Source: an uncultured candidate division Zixibacteria bacterium
GTDB taxonomy: Bacteria; Zixibacteria; MSB-5A5; UBA10806
Direction of reading: 5' to 3'
Length of the DNA stretch: 23,674 nucleotides
Assembly: GCA_963817915.1 (NCBI GenBank)
Contig: CAWFQL010000022.1
Coordinates: 1-23,674 of the forward strand
Shown here: in pieces, positions 18,195 through 23,674 of the stretch
Position numbering within the stretch: position 1 is the first letter of the stretch
Layout: each line of letters begins with the position of its first letter
The notes under the pieces: generated by a model
What the model was told of the DNA's origin: nothing
Database searches by the model: none
Seen by the model: only the letters and a program-made list of their open reading frames with translations
Translations under genes and position numbers: made by a program

Positions 18195-19583
18195 CTATTC
18201 GGAATTGATTTCTCCGGGCTCGGTCTCATCCGTAATCTGGGGAGTGACATCGATAGCGCTGGGGGCTTCAATCTCGGTAGAGGAGGAAGTTCCCATATCG
18301 CGCAAGCGCCTGGCAGACGGAAGTACTCGATGGTCGAGTGAGCCGACCGAGTCATTAAAACTTTCAACCGCCCGCTTTAGGCCGGTGCCTACATTTTTCA
18401 GGTGGCCGACAAATTTTGACAAGCGTTCATGAAGCTCTTTTGATTCATTGATAATCAGGCGTGAATTTTCCGCTACCCGGTGCTGCTGCCATCCATAAGC
18501 CACCGATTTAAGCAATGCGTATAGTGTGAAAGGAGAAGTTATAATTACGTTGTTGGTAACCGCGAAATCGAACAGCCCAATATCATGTTCAAAGGCTGCC
18601 GCAATACAACCGTCACTGGGTATAAACATGATTATTATCTCGGGGGATCTATCAAGTTTTTTCCAATATTCCTTGCTTCCCAGATTTTTTATAGTGCTCC
18701 GCATCGCGACAGTTAATTCCAGGAATTTTTGATGTCGAAAGGCCTCGTCATCCGATTCCATGGCATCGAGATAACTGGTCATAGGAGTTTTGGCGTCTAC
18801 GGGTAGCAGGCCTTTATTGGGAAGATTTACTACCATATCCGGCCTGCCCTCTGCCACAGAAACCTGTTCGGCGAAATCCACATGATCGAGCATATTGGCC
18901 AATTCCACAATACGCCGAAGCTGTTCCTGTCCCCAATTACCCCTGACATTCGGCGATCTTAATGATTGCGCTAATTTGGTAGTGGTAATTTGCAGTTGTC
19001 CCTGGGTATCTGCCAACTGCCTTAATTGCTCTTGCAGGCCGCTATAGGCTCCCTCGCGCTTGGACTCTAAATCTTTCGTTTGCTGGTCGAGCAGGCTTAG
19101 CGTCTTTTCCAGCGGTTCAACCATTTTTTGCAATTCAACTTTATGGGTGCCCCAATCACCGCGAACCTGCTTCAACATACCCTCAAATACTTCTCTGGCG
19201 TTGCTCAGGTATTGCTCGGAGTTATTTTTCAGGACATCGGTTGACAGCGACGAGAACGCATCCTTCATTTGTGCCTGACGTTGCTCGGTCCAGACAGTGA
19301 ATTCGATGTCGGAATCATGTTGTCTCTTGAGCGATGAATTTTCCTGAAGCAGGTTCTCTTTTTCGTGTTGAAGGTCGTCTACCTGCTTTTCAAGCTCCGG
19401 TATCCGCGATGCCACCGCCACTGCCGAGGCCCGCTCCGATATGGCGGCTTTAAACTGATTATCAAGCTCGGCGTTGGCCGCCTGCAATTCCGTTATCCGC
19501 CCTTTGTATATGCGGCTAAATACAATTGATAGGCCTATCGCACCGACTATAAATATCAGGATTAAAATCGATATTTCGTTCAT
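18195..19583 (-). CDS. rmuC: DNA recombination protein RmuC
   Basis: N-terminal TM helix and coiled coil, RGNWGQEQLRRIVELA, RPDMVVNLP...VDAKTP, IMFIPSD, SPFTLYALLKSVAYGWQQ. Confidence 0.93.
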   Translation of the reverse strand: MNEISILILIFIVGAIGLSIVFSRIYKGRITELQAANAELDNQFKAAISERASAVAVASRIPELEKQVDDLQHEKENLLQENSSLKRQHDSDIEFTVWTEQRQAQMKDAFSSLSTDVLKNNSEQYLSNAREVFEGMLKQVRGDWGTHKVELQKMVEPLEKTLSLLDQQTKDLESKREGAYSGLQEQLRQLADTQGQLQITTTKLAQSLRSPNVRGNWGQEQLRRIVELANMLDHVDFAEQVSVAEGRPDMVVNLPNKGLLPVDAKTPMTSYLDAMESDDEAFRHQKFLELTVAMRSTIKNLGSKEYWKKLDRSPEIIIMFIPSDGCIAAAFEHDIGLFDFAVTNNVIITSPFTLYALLKSVAYGWQQHRVAENSRLIINESKELHERLSKFVGHLKNVGTGLKRAVESFNDSVGSLDHRVLPSARRLRDMGTSSSTEIEAPSAIDVTPQITDETEPGEINSE

Positions 19584-19704
19584 GTTAATTGCCTCTGTAA
19601 TCGAAACCGGAACCCCAAAATCGACGACCGAATATTAATTAGATTACTATATCAAACGTCACCATCAAAGCGATTTTTTGAGATCAATGCTGGTAATCAG
19701 CCCG

Positions 19705-19738
19705 AAACAAAAGGCGTCGAGTGCAAACCCGACGCCTT
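19705..19738 (-). terminator. Rho-independent terminator of the SOD gene
   Basis: Stem AAGGCGTCG (19711-19) / CGACGCCTT (19730-38), with a T-rich tail on the minus strand. Confidence 0.7.
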
Positions 19739-19764
19739 ACTAATACTCATTGTTTTATTTATGT

Positions 19765-20364
19765 CTACTTAAGTTGAGCGTTGACAAAATCCCAGTTGAT
19801 CAGATTTTCGATGAAAGCGCCGATAAAGTCCGGCCGACGATTCTGATAATCGAGATAATAAGCATGCTCCCAGACATCGCAGGTAAGCAGAGGTTTCAGA
19901 TTCTGTGTTACCGGATTATCAGCGTTGGCGGTCTTTACGATTTTAAGCTTGCCCGCGGAATCGAGAGCCAGCCAGGCCCAGCCGCTCCCAAACTGAGTGA
20001 CGCCGGCGTTCTTGAATTCATCGACAAATTTTTCATACCCACCCAAATCCGATGCAATCATTTTGGCGATTTCACCTGACGGGGCCTTGCCGCCCCCCTT
20101 TTTCATGCAATTCCAGAAGAAGGAATGATTCCAGGCCTGTGCTACGTTGTTGAAAATGGGTGTCAGCGACGGGTTGCCGGCAGCCTGCTTGATAATTGTT
20201 TCGATATTGTTTTCCTTTTCGAATTGCGAGCCAACCAGGAATTTATTGGCATTATCGACATAGGTCTTGTGATGTTTGCCGTAATGAAATTCCAGCGTAC
20301 GCGCGCTTATAAACGGTTCCAACGCTTCTTTTGGAAATGGCAGTTCGGGGAAAGTGATTTGCAT
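19765..20364 (-). CDS. sodB: Superoxide dismutase, Fe-type signature
   Basis: HYGKHH, FNNVAQAWNHSFFW (AQ rather than Mn-type GG), FGSGWAWL, NADNP, DVWEHAYY, and an AAGGAG RBS. Confidence 0.93.
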   Translation of the reverse strand: MQITFPELPFPKEALEPFISARTLEFHYGKHHKTYVDNANKFLVGSQFEKENNIETIIKQAAGNPSLTPIFNNVAQAWNHSFFWNCMKKGGGKAPSGEIAKMIASDLGGYEKFVDEFKNAGVTQFGSGWAWLALDSAGKLKIVKTANADNPVTQNLKPLLTCDVWEHAYYLDYQNRRPDFIGAFIENLINWDFVNAQLK

Positions 20365-20659
20365 AATGACTCCTTTGAGTAAAAATTAATTATTCGTAAT
20401 TTATACAATCTCAGATTTGTATCGATTGACAATGAAATAATTTCAATTAGGGACAGACTCGTAATTGTTGTTCATAATCTCCCCGCCCATTTCATTGATT
20501 CCCTGTCCCGGCCTGTCCTTGGCAATAAATAAATAAAACAGATATTACAACCTTTAAACGGCGCTCGAATCTTATCGGTTCCGAAAAGGAACCATTAATA
20601 TATTGTTTGGCCACTGTTGTGTGAATATAATTAGGGGGAGATCCTATCCCCCGATTTCT

Positions 20660-23341
20660 TCAGCCGATGATCTTACTTACCTCGACAGTCGAATCTTCGG
20701 TATCATAGTTTATTTCAAAGCCAAGATTCTGAAATACCTTTATCATTTTGCGGTTATCGGTTGTCGTAACCGCAACGACCTTTCGAAGATTCCAGTGTTT
20801 GGCGATCTCAAGACAGTAATCGGTCAGGATTTTCCCCAGGTCTTTCTTCTGCCAGGCATCGGCGATAAGAACGGCATATTCGACGCTCTCATGGTCAGGA
20901 TCAGCGATAAGCCGTCCAACTCCTATAATCTTGCGCTCTCCCTTTTCGATAATTTCCGCTACAATCGCGATTTCACGGTCGTAATCTATATAGCAGTAGC
21001 GTGTGGCCGTTTCATGCGAGGTCCATTGGAAGAGATAGCGAAAACGCATATAGATAGATTCGCGCGAACAATTCGATAGAAGCTCCATCCAGAGAGGTTC
21101 GTCCTCGGGCTTTATCGGCCTCAGCAGTACCTCGGTCTTATCCTTGAGCTTAGCGGTCTTGACATACTTTTCCGGATATGGCCTTAGCGCCAGATGAGAA
21201 TAAGGCTCGATATCCTTACCGATTAATTCTTTATCCAGCACGATTCTGGCATCTAGCGCTATAACGTCTTTGGGACCAACCAGGAGTGGATTTATATCGA
21301 GTTCTGTAATCTCCGGATAATCTGCCGCCAAATATGAAAGACGTATCATCACCTCTATCAGCTTATCGGTATTGGTCTGAGGGCGGCCCCTGTAGCCTGT
21401 TAATAACGGCCAGATTTTGAGAGATTCCAGCATTTTCCGCGCCAGGCTTTCGTTGAGCGGAGGGAACCCCAGCGCCTTATCGCCGAAAAGCTCGGCGCCC
21501 GTCCCTCCCATTCCTGCCATCATGACCGTACCGAAAACAGGATCCTTTTTAATCCCGACAATCAACTCAACGCTGTTGCGATTGTCGATCATCTTCTGAA
21601 CCGTGACACCATCGATTCTGGCCGATGGCAGCTTGCTGATAGCGCCCGAGACTATCTTTTCATAAGCCTGTTTAACCATCGCGGAGTTTTCGAGATCGAC
21701 AATGACGCCGCCGACATCGCTTTTATGAGTAATATCCGGTGAATGAATCTTTAGGACGACAGGATAACCGATTTTATCGGCAATCTTGACAGCTTCATTG
21801 GCGGATCTGGCTGGATATGGCGTCACGGAGCTGATACCATACGCGTCAATCAACCCCTTAGAGATATCCTCGGAGAGAATATGTCTATCGATTTTGGATA
21901 GAAAATCTGTGCGGGTTTTATCGCGATCAATCGCGAAATCAACCCTGATATCTTTTGGCGTTTCGTAGAGCGATTCCAGATTTCTGGCATAAGCCACTAA
22001 TGTCATAAATGCCCGGATCGCCTGTTCTGGCGTCTTATAGGCTGGAACACCGGAATCGATCAATGTTCTGATACCGTCCTTCATGGCTGTCCCGCCCAGC
22101 CAGGCGGCGAGGATTGGTTTTGGCGAAGTTTCCGCCAGTTTGCCAATAACTTTGGCTGATGCGGTAGGATTTGTCATAGCTTGTGGTGTTAAAATCACCA
22201 ATAAAGCGTCAATTTGGGGATCCTGCAGTACGATCTGGGCCGCTTTTTCGATTCGCTTGGAATTGGCATCTCCGAGAACATCGATTGGATTGCGATGCGA
22301 CCAGAAAGGAGGCAGATTCTCGTTAAGGCTTTCCATCGTCTTATCGGATAACCTGGCCAATTCGCCATTGGATGCTATCAGGGCGTCGGTGGCCATCACT
22401 CCCGGCCCTCCGGCGTTAGTGATTATCCCTAATTTGGGTCCCTGAGGAATCTTGTTTCGGCCTATCAATTCGGCACAGTCGAATATTTCTCCAATATCAA
22501 AGACGCGAGCAACGCCTGTCCTTTGAAATGCAGCGTCGTAAACAGCATCCTCGGAGGCCATAGCGCCCGTATGCGACGCAGCCACCTGCGCCGATTCCGG
22601 GAATCGCCCCGCTTTATATGCTATAATCGGTTTGGTACGAGCGAAAGCCCTGGCGGCAGCCATAAAATTTCTGGCCTTAGTGATAGATTCAATATAGAGA
22701 ATTATGGATTCGGTCTTTTCATCCTCGCCTAAATAATCTATTAGATCGCCAAAATCGACATCGGCGGTATTACCGATTGAAATAAAATGAGAGAAACCTA
22801 TCTTCCCCTCGAGCGCCCAATCGAGAACCGACGTACAAAGCGCGCCGGATTGCGAGATGAAGGCTACGTGCCCGGCTTTCGGCATTCCCGCGGCAAAGCT
22901 TATATTTAATTTTGAGTTAGGGCTGATAATACCAAGGCAATTAGGACCGATTATGCGCATACCCGAGAATCTGGCCGCCTCCGTTTTGATCTGCTCTTCA
23001 AGCGCCTTGCCCTCGGGACCGGTTTCCTTGAATCCGGCTGAAATGACGATCAGTCCCATGATGCCGGCCTCGCCGCACTCTCTTACCAGGCTAGGAACTT
23101 GAGTAGCTGCCGCGCAAATCACTCCCAAGTCTGGTGTTTTCGGGAGCTCCTTTATGCTTGGGAAACAATGAATTCCAAGTACGGCTTCGCGATCCGGATT
23201 GACAGGATAGACAACGCCGTCGAAACCGCCTCCGACCAGATTACTTAAAACCTTGCCACCTACACTATTAGGGTTAGGCGAGACGCCCATAATTGCTATT
23301 CGTTTGGGATTAAAAAAGCGATTTAATTTATGTACATCCAT
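20660..23341 (-). CDS. Bifunctional acetate--CoA ligase (ADP-forming) family / GNAT acetyltransferase (Pat/Pka-like)
   Basis: CoA-binding domain (YPVNP, IIGPNCLG, ISQSGAL), SHTGAM, ATP-grasp (GYPVVLKIHSPDITHKSDVGGV, ELDINPL) and a C-terminal GNAT (LRPIKPED...EYAVLIADAWQKKDLGK). Confidence 0.93.
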   Translation of the reverse strand: MDVHKLNRFFNPKRIAIMGVSPNPNSVGGKVLSNLVGGGFDGVVYPVNPDREAVLGIHCFPSIKELPKTPDLGVICAAATQVPSLVRECGEAGIMGLIVISAGFKETGPEGKALEEQIKTEAARFSGMRIIGPNCLGIISPNSKLNISFAAGMPKAGHVAFISQSGALCTSVLDWALEGKIGFSHFISIGNTADVDFGDLIDYLGEDEKTESIILYIESITKARNFMAAARAFARTKPIIAYKAGRFPESAQVAASHTGAMASEDAVYDAAFQRTGVARVFDIGEIFDCAELIGRNKIPQGPKLGIITNAGGPGVMATDALIASNGELARLSDKTMESLNENLPPFWSHRNPIDVLGDANSKRIEKAAQIVLQDPQIDALLVILTPQAMTNPTASAKVIGKLAETSPKPILAAWLGGTAMKDGIRTLIDSGVPAYKTPEQAIRAFMTLVAYARNLESLYETPKDIRVDFAIDRDKTRTDFLSKIDRHILSEDISKGLIDAYGISSVTPYPARSANEAVKIADKIGYPVVLKIHSPDITHKSDVGGVIVDLENSAMVKQAYEKIVSGAISKLPSARIDGVTVQKMIDNRNSVELIVGIKKDPVFGTVMMAGMGGTGAELFGDKALGFPPLNESLARKMLESLKIWPLLTGYRGRPQTNTDKLIEVMIRLSYLAADYPEITELDINPLLVGPKDVIALDARIVLDKELIGKDIEPYSHLALRPYPEKYVKTAKLKDKTEVLLRPIKPEDEPLWMELLSNCSRESIYMRFRYLFQWTSHETATRYCYIDYDREIAIVAEIIEKGERKIIGVGRLIADPDHESVEYAVLIADAWQKKDLGKILTDYCLEIAKHWNLRKVVAVTTTDNRKMIKVFQNLGFEINYDTEDSTVEVSKIIG

Positions 23342-23470
23342 TACGGTTCACCATTTCCTAAAATTGTTCTAATACCATATCGGATAATGAAAGTAAGTAA
23401 TTTATATGTCTATTGCAAGCCGCAACTTAATGGTATTTAGGCTCCTCAAAATCCATTTTAGGGGTGAAAC

Positions 23471-23499
23471 TTGACAAGCGAATCGAGATTGTCTATTAT
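23471..23499 (+). promoter_or_regulatory. sigma70-type promoter for a transcript leaving the window
   Basis: TTGACA (23471-76), 17 bp spacer, TATTAT (23494-99). Confidence 0.65.
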
Positions 23500-23674
23500 A
23501 TTCGGGGTTATAACAACGTATTATGATGCAGTTTGGGCCGGGGTAGCGTTCTGAGCCGGAAAATTAGGAAAATAATTAGCTCCTGATGAATTTTGAGGCC
23601 GTTTTCAAGGTGCTTTCCTTAGGGAAAACCAGGGTATCGTCAATATGTCAATCGAACAAAATGAAAAGCGAAAT

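Noticed and set aside
19750..23102. Plus-strand ORFs opposite sodB and the ligase/GNAT gene (likewise opposite rmuC)
   Set aside because: Antisense shadows of well-supported genes, with no recognisable motifs.

Overview
Bacterial genomic DNA, probably FCB superphylum and Zixibacteria-like (inferred from the YPNPFNAQTTI-type C-terminal sorting domains). Bases 1-11.9 kb are a co-oriented array of secreted proteins ending in T9SS type A/FlgD-Ig-like C-terminal domains (CTD). The array has two related cohesin-like proteins, then two copies of a ~5.6-5.7 kb module: LVIVD-repeat protein+CTD, terminator, orphan CTD tail, sigma70 promoter, ~235 nt structured leader, small secreted protein, stem-loop, VPS10/BNR beta-propeller+CTD. 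The gene bodies of the two modules are highly diverged, while the CTD tails and the non-coding spacer are near-identical and patchwork-shared. The leader shows pairing-compatible substitutions and an anti-Shine-Dalgarno helix that covaries with the RBS, making it the best candidate for an undescribed regulatory RNA. The rest of the window is core-like: flotillin, a class I/II aminotransferase apparently fused to an HprK/PEPCK-like P-loop domain (both broken by indels that look like sequencing errors), REP-like palindromes, a TolB/PD40-repeat protein, rmuC, Fe-SOD and a bifunctional acetate-CoA ligase/GNAT protein. No rRNA, tRNA, CRISPR, transposase, integrase or reverse transcriptase was recognised.
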